From NCBI GenBank assembly GCA_963793865.1, contig CAWCBP010000008.1:160001-224000 (forward strand): a DNA stretch of 64,000 nucleotides. The letters run 5' to 3'. The position numbers were made by a program, and so were the translations under genes. The stretch's first letter is position 1, and each line of letters opens with the position of its first letter. The notes beneath the pieces are model-generated. The model saw only the letters and a list, made by a program, of their open reading frames with translations. It ran no database searches and was not told the origin of the DNA. The stretch comes from an uncultured delta proteobacterium (GTDB lineage: Bacteria > Desulfobacterota > WTBG01). Shown here piece by piece: positions 22,185 through 31,773 of the stretch.

Positions 22185-23972
22185 ATGACACGGATTAAAG
22201 ATTTGCAGCTCATGGCCAACAAATTGAGAATCGCCTCGCTTGTGTCCACCACGGAAGCGGGATCGGGGCATCCCAGCTCATGCCTTTCCTGCGCCGAAAT
22301 CGTGAGCGCCCTGTTTTTCTCGGTCATGGGGCCTGACGATGAATTCATCCTCTCCAAGGGGCATGCGGCCCCCATTCTCTGGGCCGCCTACGCGGAGGCG
22401 GGATTCATCGACGCGGGCGAACTGGCGAACCTGCGAAAGATCGGGAGCGTACTGGAAGGGCACCCCACGGCACGAATGCCGCTGATAAAGATTGCCACCG
22501 GGAGCCTGGGACAGGGATTATCCGCGGGCGTGGGCATGGCGCTGGCGAAACGGCTGAAGGGAAGCACCGGCAGGGTCTATGTGCTGCTCGGAGACGGCGA
22601 ATGCGCGGAAGGCGCCATATGGGAGGCCGCCAACAGCGCCTCCCATTACGAGCTGGCGTCGCTCTGCGCCATGGTTGATGCCAATCGCCTCGGCCAGTCG
22701 GGGCCGACCATGCACCAGCACGACCTCGCGCACTACGCAAAAAAATTCGAGGCCTTCGGCTGGGACGCGCTGGTGGTGGACGGACATGACATGCAGGAGG
22801 TGCTTGACGCGTTCAAGCACGCGGGGAGCTGCAGCAGGCCCTGCGCCATCATTGCTAAAACGATCAAGGGGAAAGGGGTCTCGATCCTGGAAAACAGCGG
22901 GGGGTGGCACGGCAAACCGTTGAGCCGGGCCCAGCTTGAAACGGCCCTGGGCGAAATCGGGGCGGCTGATGTCAGGCTGCCGTCGCGCGTCACTTCCATG
23001 CCCGTCAGCCATATGCCATCCGGTTTTGAGCCGGGCATCTACCGAAAGGATGAAATGCTTTCCACGCGCGAGGCCTTCGGCAGGGCACTGGTCAGGCTGG
23101 GAAGGACCGACTCCACCGCGGTTGCGCTCGACGCGGATGTCATGAACTCGACCATGACCGAGGGATTCTTCAGGGAATTTCCTGAACGGGGATTCCAGAC
23201 CTTCATTGCCGAGCAGAACATGGCCGGCATGGCGGCGGGCTTTTCCGCCCTGGGGTTCAAGCCTTTTGTTGCCACCTTCGCCTCCTTCCTGACGCGCGCC
23301 TATGATTTCATCAGGATGGCGCAGTATTCGCGGTCGAACATAAAGTTTGCCGGATCCCACGCCGGCATAAGCATCGGAGCGGACGGCCCGTCGCAGATGG
23401 GCCTCGAGGACATCCCCATGTTTCTGTCAATGCCGGACGCGGTTGTTGTATATCCCTGCGATGCCGTTTCCGCGGAGCATCTGGTGAGCGCGATGGCAGG
23501 GCACACGGGCATCTCCTACATCAGGCTGACGCGGGACAAAACGCCGGTGATCTATGACAGTTCTGAAACCTTTCCTGTCGGTGGGCTCAAGGTGCTGCGC
23601 GCGGATGAGCGGGATTGCGCCCTGATCGTTGCCGCGGGCATAACCGTCCATGAGGCCCTCAAGGCCCACGAGATGGCGAAGGGGAAAGGTCTTCTCACCA
23701 GGATTGTTGACCTCTATTCCATCAAGCCGTTTGACGCGGAGGCGCTGGCAAGCCACGCCGGGGCCTGTCACGGCAATGTTATTGTCGTCGAGGACCATTA
23801 CTGCGGCGCCATCGGCACGCTCGTCTCCTCCGCGGTGGGTACGCTGTGCTCCCTGTGCGTGAAAGAAATACCCCGGTCGGGGCAGCGGGATGAGCTGCTT
23901 GCTGCGTACGGCATAGATGCATTGGCCATTGTCAGCGAGGTGGAGCGGATGTGCTCCCGGCGGCGGAAATAA
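22185..23972 (+). CDS. tkt: Transketolase
   Basis: GSGHPSS, LSKGHAAP, TGSLGQG, GDGECAEG, IAEQNM, GADGPSQM. Confidence 0.92.
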   Translation: MTRIKDLQLMANKLRIASLVSTTEAGSGHPSSCLSCAEIVSALFFSVMGPDDEFILSKGHAAPILWAAYAEAGFIDAGELANLRKIGSVLEGHPTARMPLIKIATGSLGQGLSAGVGMALAKRLKGSTGRVYVLLGDGECAEGAIWEAANSASHYELASLCAMVDANRLGQSGPTMHQHDLAHYAKKFEAFGWDALVVDGHDMQEVLDAFKHAGSCSRPCAIIAKTIKGKGVSILENSGGWHGKPLSRAQLETALGEIGAADVRLPSRVTSMPVSHMPSGFEPGIYRKDEMLSTREAFGRALVRLGRTDSTAVALDADVMNSTMTEGFFREFPERGFQTFIAEQNMAGMAAGFSALGFKPFVATFASFLTRAYDFIRMAQYSRSNIKFAGSHAGISIGADGPSQMGLEDIPMFLSMPDAVVVYPCDAVSAEHLVSAMAGHTGISYIRLTRDKTPVIYDSSETFPVGGLKVLRADERDCALIVAAGITVHEALKAHEMAKGKGLLTRIVDLYSIKPFDAEALASHAGACHGNVIVVEDHYCGAIGTLVSSAVGTLCSLCVKEIPRSGQRDELLAAYGIDALAIVSEVERMCSRRRK

Positions 23973-23990
23973 AAGCAAGGAGGAAATATT

Positions 23991-25385
23991 GTGGCGACAC
24001 TCACATTTTTAGGGGCTACCGGAACGGTTACCGGCTCGCGTTTTCTGCTGGAGGTTGACGAACGAAGGCTGCTTATCGACTGCGGCCTTTTTCAGGGGCT
24101 CAAGAACGACCGGCTGAAAAACTGGGACCCCTTCCCCGTGGACCCTTCCCGGATAGACCGGGTCCTGCTCACCCATGCCCATATCGACCACAGCGGGTAT
24201 CTGCCCCGCCTGTGCAAGGAGGGCTTCAGGGGAGTGGTTAACTGTACCCCCGCCACCGCCGACCTGTGCGGCATCATGCTTCGCGACAGCGGCCACCTCC
24301 AGGAGGAAGATGCGTACTGGGCAAATAAGAGAGGCTTCAGCAAGCACCAGCCTGCCCTTCCCTTGTACACGCTGGAGGATGCCGAGGCGTCGCTGAAGCG
24401 CTTTGAGCCGGTCTACTATGGCACGGATCTGTTCCTTGATGATTCCCTGCGGGTCAAGTTCAAAGATGCGGGCCACATCCTGGGCTCCGCCATGGTCGAT
24501 ATAAAGCGCAGCCGGGGCAAAAAAACAGGCAGGGTGCTGTTCAGCGGTGACCTGGGCAGGCCGTCGAGGCCGATTCTTCGGGACCCGGTTCAGGTCTTTG
24601 AGGTTGACTACCTCGTGATTGAATCCACCTACGGCAATCGACTCCATGACCAAAAACCGCCGGAGGAGGAACTGGCCCGCGTCATAAACGAGAGCCGGGA
24701 GCGCGGAGGCGTGCTGGTAATCCCCGCTTTTGCGGTAGGGCGAACGCAGGAGCTGCTCTATTGCATCCGTGAGCTGGAGGAGCAGGGGCGCATCCCCGTG
24801 CTTCCGGTCTACGTTGATTCCCCCATGGCCATAGACACCACCCAGGTGTTTGAAAAGAGAAAGGGGGATTATGACCTGGGGTCCAAGATACTGGAGCTGA
24901 ACGGCACGCACATTCTAAAAACAGGCAACCTCCGGTTTTACCGGGACAAGGAGCAATCCAAGCAGCTGCACGAGAAGGTCAGTTCAGGAATTATCATATC
25001 CGCCAGCGGCATGGTTGAAGGCGGCCGCATTCTTCACCACATGATACACCGCCTCCCCCATACCCGGAACACGGTGCTGTTTATCGGCTACCAGGCGCAG
25101 GGCACGCGGGGAAGAGCCATACAGGAAGGAACAGACACGATCAAAATACACGGGCAGATGGTTCCCATCCGGGCGAAGGTGGAAAGCATCTCCGGCTTTT
25201 CGGCCCACGCCGATTACAACGAGGCGCTGGCCTGGCTGATGGGGTTAAACCGCCCGCCGTTCAAAACCTTTATCGTGCACGGGGAGCGCGAGGCCGCTTC
25301 GTCGATGGCTGACCATATACGCACCACCTTTGGCTGGGAAGTGGTCATACCCTCATACAACGAGAAGTTTACCATCGATTTGTAG
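23991..25385 (+). CDS. MBL-fold beta-CASP RNA-metabolising hydrolase
   Basis: THAHIDHSG, AGHILGSA, FSGDLG, ESTYG, PAFAVGRTQE, SAHAD, VHGE. Confidence 0.93.
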   Translation: MATLTFLGATGTVTGSRFLLEVDERRLLIDCGLFQGLKNDRLKNWDPFPVDPSRIDRVLLTHAHIDHSGYLPRLCKEGFRGVVNCTPATADLCGIMLRDSGHLQEEDAYWANKRGFSKHQPALPLYTLEDAEASLKRFEPVYYGTDLFLDDSLRVKFKDAGHILGSAMVDIKRSRGKKTGRVLFSGDLGRPSRPILRDPVQVFEVDYLVIESTYGNRLHDQKPPEEELARVINESRERGGVLVIPAFAVGRTQELLYCIRELEEQGRIPVLPVYVDSPMAIDTTQVFEKRKGDYDLGSKILELNGTHILKTGNLRFYRDKEQSKQLHEKVSSGIIISASGMVEGGRILHHMIHRLPHTRNTVLFIGYQAQGTRGRAIQEGTDTIKIHGQMVPIRAKVESISGFSAHADYNEALAWLMGLNRPPFKTFIVHGEREAASSMADHIRTTFGWEVVIPSYNEKFTIDL

Positions 25386-25436
25386 AATTGTTTGACCGTG
25401 CAAAAATAAAAATATCCCCGGTCCGTTTCTACTATA

Positions 25437-25550
25437 CTACACCTTCACCATCGGTTCGCCGCAGCAGACCAGCTCGCCACCGCCGGCCTCCAGTACCTGC
25501 ACCTTGTTGCCGCAGATTTCGCACACATAAATCTCTTTCACTTGTGTCAT
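25437..25550 (-). CDS. Desulforedoxin-like FeCys4 protein (37 aa)
   Basis: [37 protein letters not shown] with an AAGGAG RBS; CxxC...CC ligands. Confidence 0.9.
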   Translation of the reverse strand: MTQVKEIYVCEICGNKVQVLEAGGGELVCCGEPMVKV

Positions 25551-25611
25551 GGACGTGCTCCTTGTTGTGGATGGTTGTTTCCGTTGATCGGTTCTCTATA
25601 AACGCTTGAAC

Positions 25612-25635
25612 TCGCGGCTTAAAGCCGCCCCTGCC
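25612..25635 (-). repeat. Degenerate GTAG-type REP
   Basis: Similar to the element at 12475 (tcgcggcttaaagccgcccctgcc). Confidence 0.5.
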
Positions 25636-25648
25636 GGCCGTAACCTAT

Positions 25649-27277
25649 CTATCCCAGTATCGCCTTTAAATCCTCATCAGGAGTGCTGATGGGTTTAATG
25701 TCAAACAATTTAACCAGGGTATTGAGGATATTGGGTGTAATGAAAGCCGGAAGTGTCGGCCCGAGCCGGATATTTTTTATTCCCAGATGAAACAGGGTCA
25801 GCAGAATCGCGGCTGCCTTTTGCTCATACCAGGACAGTACCATTGACAAAGGCAGGTCGTTGACGCCGCAGTTAAAGGCCTTGGAAAGCGCCACGGCAAC
25901 CTGGATGGCGGAGTAGGCATCATTGCACTGGCCCATGTCCAGCAGCCGTGGAATTCCCCCTATATCACCCAGATCCTTGTCAAAGAACCGGAACTTTCCG
26001 CATGCCAGGGTGAGCACCACGCAGTCTTTGGGAACCTTTTCAACAAATTCGGTGTAGTAGTTGCGGCCGGACCTGGCCCCGTCACACCCCGCCACCAGGA
26101 AAAAATGCCGGATGGCCTTGTTCTTAACCCCGTCAATCACCTTGTCCGCCACCCCGAGCACGGCGTTTCTTCCAAATCCGGTCATCACCGCCCGGCCATT
26201 CTGATCTTCCGCAAATCCGGGCATGGAAAGGGCCTTTTGTATTACAGGACTGAAATCATGTCCTGCGATGCGGGGCACATCAGGCCAGCCCACCGGTCCG
26301 CAGGTAAAAATGTGGTCTTTGTAGGCGTCCCTCGGCCTCTGGATGCAGTTGGTGGTCATGACAATGGGGCCGGGGAACCCGGGAAATTCCTTGGCCTGGT
26401 TCTGCCAGGCGGTGCCGTAATGACCGTAAAAGTGTTTATACTTCTTGAGACCGGGATAGCCGTGGGTGGGGAGCATCTCGCCGTGGGTGTAGACGTTGAT
26501 GTTTTTCCCCTCGCTCTGCTTGAGGATCTCCTCCAGGTCCCTGAGGTCGTGACCGGAGACGAGAATGGCTTTCCCTTTTTTGGATCCCAGCGGTACCTTT
26601 GTCGGCACAGGATGCCCGTAGGTCCCGGTATTGCCCGCGTCAAGCAGCTCCATGGCCTTGAGGTTGGTCTCGCCGCATTTGAGGGTCATCTTCACCCAGT
26701 CGTCAAGGCTCAAGTCTTTGCGCAGCATGCCGGCAAGCGCCTCCTGCACGAAGGCAAAAACCGCATCCTCCTCCTTTCCCAGTATCTGCGCATGGTATGT
26801 GTAGGCCGAGATACCCTTGATGCCGAAGAGAACGGTATGCTGAAGGCTTTGGATGTCGGGATCAATGCCCGGGTCTGACTTTAAACCCACAGATTCACCC
26901 TGCTTGATAAGGTCTTTGAGTGATTTCTCCGGGATAAAGTTTGCCGCCTTCTCGGTGAACTGGGCGGGCCCTCCCGCAGCCTTTATCTTTTTCTTGAGGG
27001 CTTCCCGCAGCTCAACGCACGTGCTGATAAATTGCTGCAGGCGCTCCGGGTCAAAGTTGACGTTGGTCAGGGTGGAAAATGCCGCCTCGCAGGTAAAGGA
27101 ATTAACCTCCTTATCATTGATGCCTCTTTTCCGGCCTTCCAGTGCAACAACTGATAAGCCCTTAAGCGCATAAACCAGTGCGTCCTGTAAAGCCGCTACT
27201 TCCGGCTCCTTTCCGCAAATACCCATCTGGGTGCAGCCGGTACCTTTGTTGGTCTGTTCACATTGATAGCAAAACAT
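25649..27277 (-). CDS. hcp: Hybrid cluster protein (hydroxylamine/NO reductase)
   Basis: MFCYQCEQT...C...CGK, SGHDL, YTHGEMLP, GCDG, GQCNDAY, SWYEQKA. Confidence 0.97.
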   Translation of the reverse strand: MFCYQCEQTNKGTGCTQMGICGKEPEVAALQDALVYALKGLSVVALEGRKRGINDKEVNSFTCEAAFSTLTNVNFDPERLQQFISTCVELREALKKKIKAAGGPAQFTEKAANFIPEKSLKDLIKQGESVGLKSDPGIDPDIQSLQHTVLFGIKGISAYTYHAQILGKEEDAVFAFVQEALAGMLRKDLSLDDWVKMTLKCGETNLKAMELLDAGNTGTYGHPVPTKVPLGSKKGKAILVSGHDLRDLEEILKQSEGKNINVYTHGEMLPTHGYPGLKKYKHFYGHYGTAWQNQAKEFPGFPGPIVMTTNCIQRPRDAYKDHIFTCGPVGWPDVPRIAGHDFSPVIQKALSMPGFAEDQNGRAVMTGFGRNAVLGVADKVIDGVKNKAIRHFFLVAGCDGARSGRNYYTEFVEKVPKDCVVLTLACGKFRFFDKDLGDIGGIPRLLDMGQCNDAYSAIQVAVALSKAFNCGVNDLPLSMVLSWYEQKAAAILLTLFHLGIKNIRLGPTLPAFITPNILNTLVKLFDIKPISTPDEDLKAILG

Positions 27278-27403
27278 GGCATTCTCCTTTCCTGTGCAGG
27301 TTGAACCGTGTGCGTGCATCCGTCCTGTCTGAAATACTGTTGATCGCTTTCAAAATCGTATGTGGTAATTGTAATTCACTAACATGGGTTGCTTTCGCTT
27401 TCC

Positions 27404-27417
27404 ATGACCTATGTCAT
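27404..27417. promoter_or_regulatory. CRP/FNR-family (HcpR-like) palindromic site
   Basis: ATGAC-CTAT-GTCAT about 130 bp upstream of hcp. Confidence 0.5.
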
Positions 27418-27583
27418 ACAGTACGGCAAAAATGCGACTGTTTTTCTCCGGCAGCAGCCTATCAACCATACTACATAATTACACTATGAACCGCCATATG
27501 TATCTTGAAAATAATGGCCTGTTCCGTTCCGTGGTAATAATTCAATACCGGCCTTCCCGGCAGCGATGCCTTTCTTTGACTCC

Positions 27584-27612
27584 TTGACTTCCCCTGCTTC
27601 ATTCCCTATACT
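27584..27612 (+). promoter_or_regulatory. Candidate sigma70 promoter for the hydrolase-AOR operon
   Basis: TTGACT-17 nt-TATACT. Confidence 0.55.
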
Positions 27613-27678
27613 CGCTTAATCAAGGAGCGAGTTTACCAGGGAAGAGGGTTGCCCGTTAACGCCGGGGAGGAGTTGCCG

Positions 27679-28515
27679 GTGCCGCGGATTAAGATAGATA
27701 CAGGATTGCACCTCTATTATGAAACGGCAGGAGAGGGTGAGGCGGTTATCCTGGTGCAGGGATTGGACCGGGATCACCGGGGGATGGCGCTGCAAATGAA
27801 GGCGCTGGCCGACCGCTACCGGGTCATTTCGTACGACTCGCGGGGCATCGGGCAATCTGACACCCCTCCCGGGCCCTACACCTGCAGGCAGCTGGCTGAT
27901 GATATCCGCGGGCTGCTCGAAGCGTTGGGTATCGCCAAAACCCATCTCATCGGCGCCTCGCTGGGCGGTCTGGTGGTCCAGGAGTTTGCCATCAATTATC
28001 CCGGAATGACCGAAAGCATCATTTTGATGTGCACCTTCGCCAGACCGAGCAGCGATATGCGGAGCACCGGCAGGTTTTTTATTGATTCAATCGAAAGCAG
28101 AGGCCATGCTCAGATCTGCGAGGAAATGATGCGCCAGGCCTACAGCAGCACCTATCTCAAGAGCGAGAAGCAGCGTTTTGATGCCGCCTGGGAAAAGTTG
28201 AGGGAGACGGATGCCACTTACAACATCAGGGGTTTTCAGTGGACGGCAGAAGCGGGCCTCAGCGGCGACACGCGCGACAGGATCGGCAGCATCAAGGCTC
28301 CCACCCTGGTGATGGCCGGGGAGCTGGATGATCTCGTTCCTCCCTCGCTCTGCGAAGAGCAGCTGGTCAGGTCCATCAGCGGATCGCGGCTGGTGGTCAT
28401 AAAGGAGGCGGGCCATCTTTTTTCTGATGAGAAGCCCGAAGCAGTCAACAGGGAGATACTCTCTTTTTTATCGGGCATTCGCCGGAGCAACTCCCGTACA
28501 GGCGATGAAAAATAA
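27679..28515 (+). CDS. Alpha/beta-fold hydrolase
   Basis: YDSRGIGQS, GASLGG nucleophile elbow, GELD, AGH; GTG start after GAGGAG. Confidence 0.88.
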   Translation: MPRIKIDTGLHLYYETAGEGEAVILVQGLDRDHRGMALQMKALADRYRVISYDSRGIGQSDTPPGPYTCRQLADDIRGLLEALGIAKTHLIGASLGGLVVQEFAINYPGMTESIILMCTFARPSSDMRSTGRFFIDSIESRGHAQICEEMMRQAYSSTYLKSEKQRFDAAWEKLRETDATYNIRGFQWTAEAGLSGDTRDRIGSIKAPTLVMAGELDDLVPPSLCEEQLVRSISGSRLVVIKEAGHLFSDEKPEAVNREILSFLSGIRRSNSRTGDEK

Positions 28516-28536
28516 TCCTTAGATGGACATTGGCTC

Positions 28537-30465
28537 ATGGACACACAATACGGCTGGGCGGGAAAAATACTGAAGGTTGATCTTTCCGAAAAGAGAATTG
28601 CCGCGGTGGAAACCGGTGATTATGCCGGGCGGTTCTTAGGCGGCATGGGAATTGGTGAGAAATTTTACTGGGATGAGTCGAAACCCGGCCAGGCAGCGGA
28701 TGACCCGGAAAGCCCTTTGATGTTCATGAGCGGTCCCCTGGCGGCAACACCGGCCCCGAGCGCCCCGAGGCTGGTGATCTGCGGAAAATCGCCCAGCCTG
28801 TACCCGGAGGTTTTCAATAATGCCAGCATAGCGGGTTCTTTCACGGCGGAACTGAAGAAGGCCGGGTATGACGGTGTAGTGGTTACGGGACGGGCATCGC
28901 AGCCACTCTATCTCACGATCACCAACGGGGCTGCGGAGCTGAAAGATGCCACGCATCTCTGGGGACTTACCAACAGCAAAACCCAGCAGTTTATACGCAA
29001 TACGTGGGGAGAGAAGACGCGCTTCCTGACCATCGGTCCGGGCGCTGAAAACGGTTCCCGCATCGGCACCATAGCCACTGATGTGGGTGGCAACGGCTCG
29101 CGGGGTTTTGGATCCGTCATGGGCTCGAAGGGGTTAAAGGCCATAGCGGTCCGAGGCACAGGGGAAATAGCTGTGGCCGATCCGGAAAAAATTTCCGCCG
29201 TACGAAAAGCGGTGCGGGAGATGCGGGGTGAGGGGTTCTTTGATCTGTACGGAAAACCGCTTTCCCTCCCCGGCGTGGAGGTGGTGCGGAAAGTACATTG
29301 CCATGGATGTCCGCAGGGGTGCTGGCGCACGCTGCACCGCAGCCCCTCGGGAGAGGAGGGCGTCCGGAAGTGTCAGACCCCGCTCTTCTACAGCCTCTGG
29401 AGCAGCAGGTTTCCGGAGACCGCGACCGAGGTCAGCTTTCGCGCTGCCTCCCTGGTTGACGATTACTCACTCTGCGTGATTGAAATGACATTTCTCCTTT
29501 TATGGATGGAAAAGTGCTTCAAGGAGGGGATATTGAACGATGCTAATACCGGTCTGCCCCTGAGCAGGCTGGGCAGCATGGAGTTTTTCGAAGCCATGCT
29601 GCAACAGATGTGCTCAGGGGAGGGATTCGGAAAGGTTCTTGCCCAGGGGGTCGCGCGCGCAGCCGAAGAGGTGGGCACGGAATCAAAAGCCATTGCCGAT
29701 TCGGACCGCCCGATGCCCTACGGTCCCAAGACGTTTATACCCTCGGCCATCCTCTATGCCGTCGAGCCCCGGCCGCCCATCACGGAACTCCACGAGGTCT
29801 GCCATCCCCTCACCAAGTGGGGCATTTGGTATGTGAGCAAAGGAGAGCGGTCTTATGTTTCCACGGCTGTGCTGAGAAAGATCGCGAACAAATTCTGGGG
29901 AAGTGAGACGGCGGTTGATTTTTCCACCTATGCCGGCAAGGCGCTGGCGGCAAAAATAATACAGGAGAGGCAGTATGCCAAGGAGTGCCTGGTGCTGTGT
30001 GATTTTGCCTTTCCGCTGTTTGACCATGCCGGTTCGGAGGATCACGTGGGAGACCCGCTGCTCGAGAGCAAGCTGTTATCGGCGGTAACGGGACTGGATG
30101 TTGATGAAAAAATGTTGCATCTCGTCGGCGAGCGGGTGTTTAACCTGAACCGCGCCATCCACCTTCGCGACGGAAGAAGGGGAAGGGCGGATGACTGCCT
30201 GCCGGAGTCGCAGTTCATCGAGCGGCAAGAGCGCATTGCCGATGTGTTCGGGATACATAATCCCGAGCTCTATCTCCCGGGTGCCGGTGATGACATTATT
30301 TCCCGCAAGGGAAAGGCCCTGGATAAGGAGCGCTTTGAAGGGATGCTGGATGAGTATTACCGCCTGCGCGGCTGGGATGTCGCGACGGGCCTTCTCAAGC
30401 AGGAGACCCTGCGGGCCCTGGACCTTCCTGAAGTCATTGACGGCCTGCCGGGGAAAGTGGTGTAG
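28537..30465 (+). CDS. Aldehyde:ferredoxin oxidoreductase family (W/Mo-pterin) protein, divergent
   Basis: GWAGKILKVDLS, LKKAGYDG, IGPGAEN, GSVMGSKGLKAI, CHGCPQGC, EYYRLRGWD. Confidence 0.9.
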   Translation: MDTQYGWAGKILKVDLSEKRIAAVETGDYAGRFLGGMGIGEKFYWDESKPGQAADDPESPLMFMSGPLAATPAPSAPRLVICGKSPSLYPEVFNNASIAGSFTAELKKAGYDGVVVTGRASQPLYLTITNGAAELKDATHLWGLTNSKTQQFIRNTWGEKTRFLTIGPGAENGSRIGTIATDVGGNGSRGFGSVMGSKGLKAIAVRGTGEIAVADPEKISAVRKAVREMRGEGFFDLYGKPLSLPGVEVVRKVHCHGCPQGCWRTLHRSPSGEEGVRKCQTPLFYSLWSSRFPETATEVSFRAASLVDDYSLCVIEMTFLLLWMEKCFKEGILNDANTGLPLSRLGSMEFFEAMLQQMCSGEGFGKVLAQGVARAAEEVGTESKAIADSDRPMPYGPKTFIPSAILYAVEPRPPITELHEVCHPLTKWGIWYVSKGERSYVSTAVLRKIANKFWGSETAVDFSTYAGKALAAKIIQERQYAKECLVLCDFAFPLFDHAGSEDHVGDPLLESKLLSAVTGLDVDEKMLHLVGERVFNLNRAIHLRDGRRGRADDCLPESQFIERQERIADVFGIHNPELYLPGAGDDIISRKGKALDKERFEGMLDEYYRLRGWDVATGLLKQETLRALDLPEVIDGLPGKVV

Positions 30466-30535
30466 ACCGGCTTGCAAATTGATCTCCTGCATTACAAGCA
30501 GGGTATGCATCCATGCAGAGAGAGGTCCTCGTTAC

Positions 30536-30563
30536 GTAGCGGCGACCGGCGGTCGCCCCTGCA
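30536..30563 (+). repeat. GTAG-type REP
   Basis: gtagcggcgaccggcggtcgcccctgca, a variant of the element at 5716. Confidence 0.6.
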
Positions 30564-30589
30564 GAAAATATACGCAATAAACGAAGCAC

Positions 30590-31129
30590 ATGGAAGCACA
30601 CATAACCATATCCAAGCAGGATTGTGCCCAGACCCTTTACCTCTGGCTGTCGGAGCATCTGGCCGACAGGGAGGTCAGGGCAATGGCGTTACAGATCGGC
30701 TTCCGGCTCACGGGTCGGCTCGGTATGAAGGCCAATAAAAAGCTGTATGGAAAGTTTCATTCAGAGCTGTTCAGTCTGAACATGTATCTGATCGTTTCCA
30801 CCTGCGAGGCGGTCATTTCGGACGAGGCCACAAAAAACGACGTGCTGCAGCTGTTTCACAGGCTTGTATATGCCAGGCACATAAAAGTTACCGGCGTCAG
30901 CCACGTCAGGTGGATGCAGTTTATGCGGCTCATCTATGACGAGTACACGCGGTCCATGGAGGGAAAAAGTCTTTTAACGCCGGTGCTGCTGATAGCCCAG
31001 GCATTTGAGGTGAATCTTTTCGGGAAAAGCGTGCTTGATCCATATGTGCGGTTCGAGACCGGCATGCGCATCGGCGGGATGATACAGCAGCTGACCAAAC
31101 TGCTCCAGGGTTATGTCGTAAGAAATTAG
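30590..31129 (+). CDS. Hypothetical protein
   Basis: 179-aa ORF filling the space between a REP and a terminator; no motif recognised. Confidence 0.65.
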   Translation: MEAHITISKQDCAQTLYLWLSEHLADREVRAMALQIGFRLTGRLGMKANKKLYGKFHSELFSLNMYLIVSTCEAVISDEATKNDVLQLFHRLVYARHIKVTGVSHVRWMQFMRLIYDEYTRSMEGKSLLTPVLLIAQAFEVNLFGKSVLDPYVRFETGMRIGGMIQQLTKLLQGYVVRN

Positions 31130-31136
31130 ATGTGCA

Positions 31137-31169
31137 AGGGGCAACTTCCATAAGGCAGTTGCCCCTTTT
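31137..31169. terminator. Bidirectional terminator
   Basis: aaggggcaact...agttgccccttt between convergent genes. Confidence 0.7.
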
Positions 31170-31209
31170 CATGAAAACCACCATACCCAAAAATATACCC
31201 ACCTACCGG

Positions 31210-31422
31210 CTACTCTTCGTGAAACTTGAAGGAAAGATTGACCCGCGCGCGGAAATTGATAACCTTCCCTTCGTCCACTGTCATATCAAGCCTTACAATC
31301 TCGGCAACGCGTAAATCCTTGACTGTCTTGCCCGCGGTTTCAACGGCGTTGCGCGCCGCATCCTCCCAGGACTTTTTGCTCGTTCCCACCACTTCAATTA
31401 TTTTATAAATGCTGTCCGCCAT
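31210..31422 (-). CDS. Dodecin family flavin-binding protein
   Basis: IYKIIEVVGTSKKSWEDAARNAV...RARVNLSFK. Confidence 0.9.
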   Translation of the reverse strand: MADSIYKIIEVVGTSKKSWEDAARNAVETAGKTVKDLRVAEIVRLDMTVDEGKVINFRARVNLSFKFHEE

Positions 31423-31773
31423 GGCAGTTCCCTCCTCCTTTGGTTGCAGTGTTTGGCTCTCCCCCCTGTCTCGTGCGCGCTGACCTGGTCACACCTCCTT
31501 TCCTTTTATGTGATTTTAAGAAAATACTATATCTATTAGCACGACACTTTGCAAATAGTTTCATGCCCGGTCTATCCGCTTTGCCATGCGCAGAACGAAG
31601 CGTGCAATGAACGGGCGGGCTGAGGCACAATTTATTGTGCCGGGGAAGAAAAATTTACTACATATCGTGTTTTTTCTTGAATAATCGTTTCCCCTTTGTT
31701 ATAAGGACAGCACTTTTGCGTACGCTATCCCACATCATTATAAACTGACGTGCCACGGGGGAGGAAAAAATAG

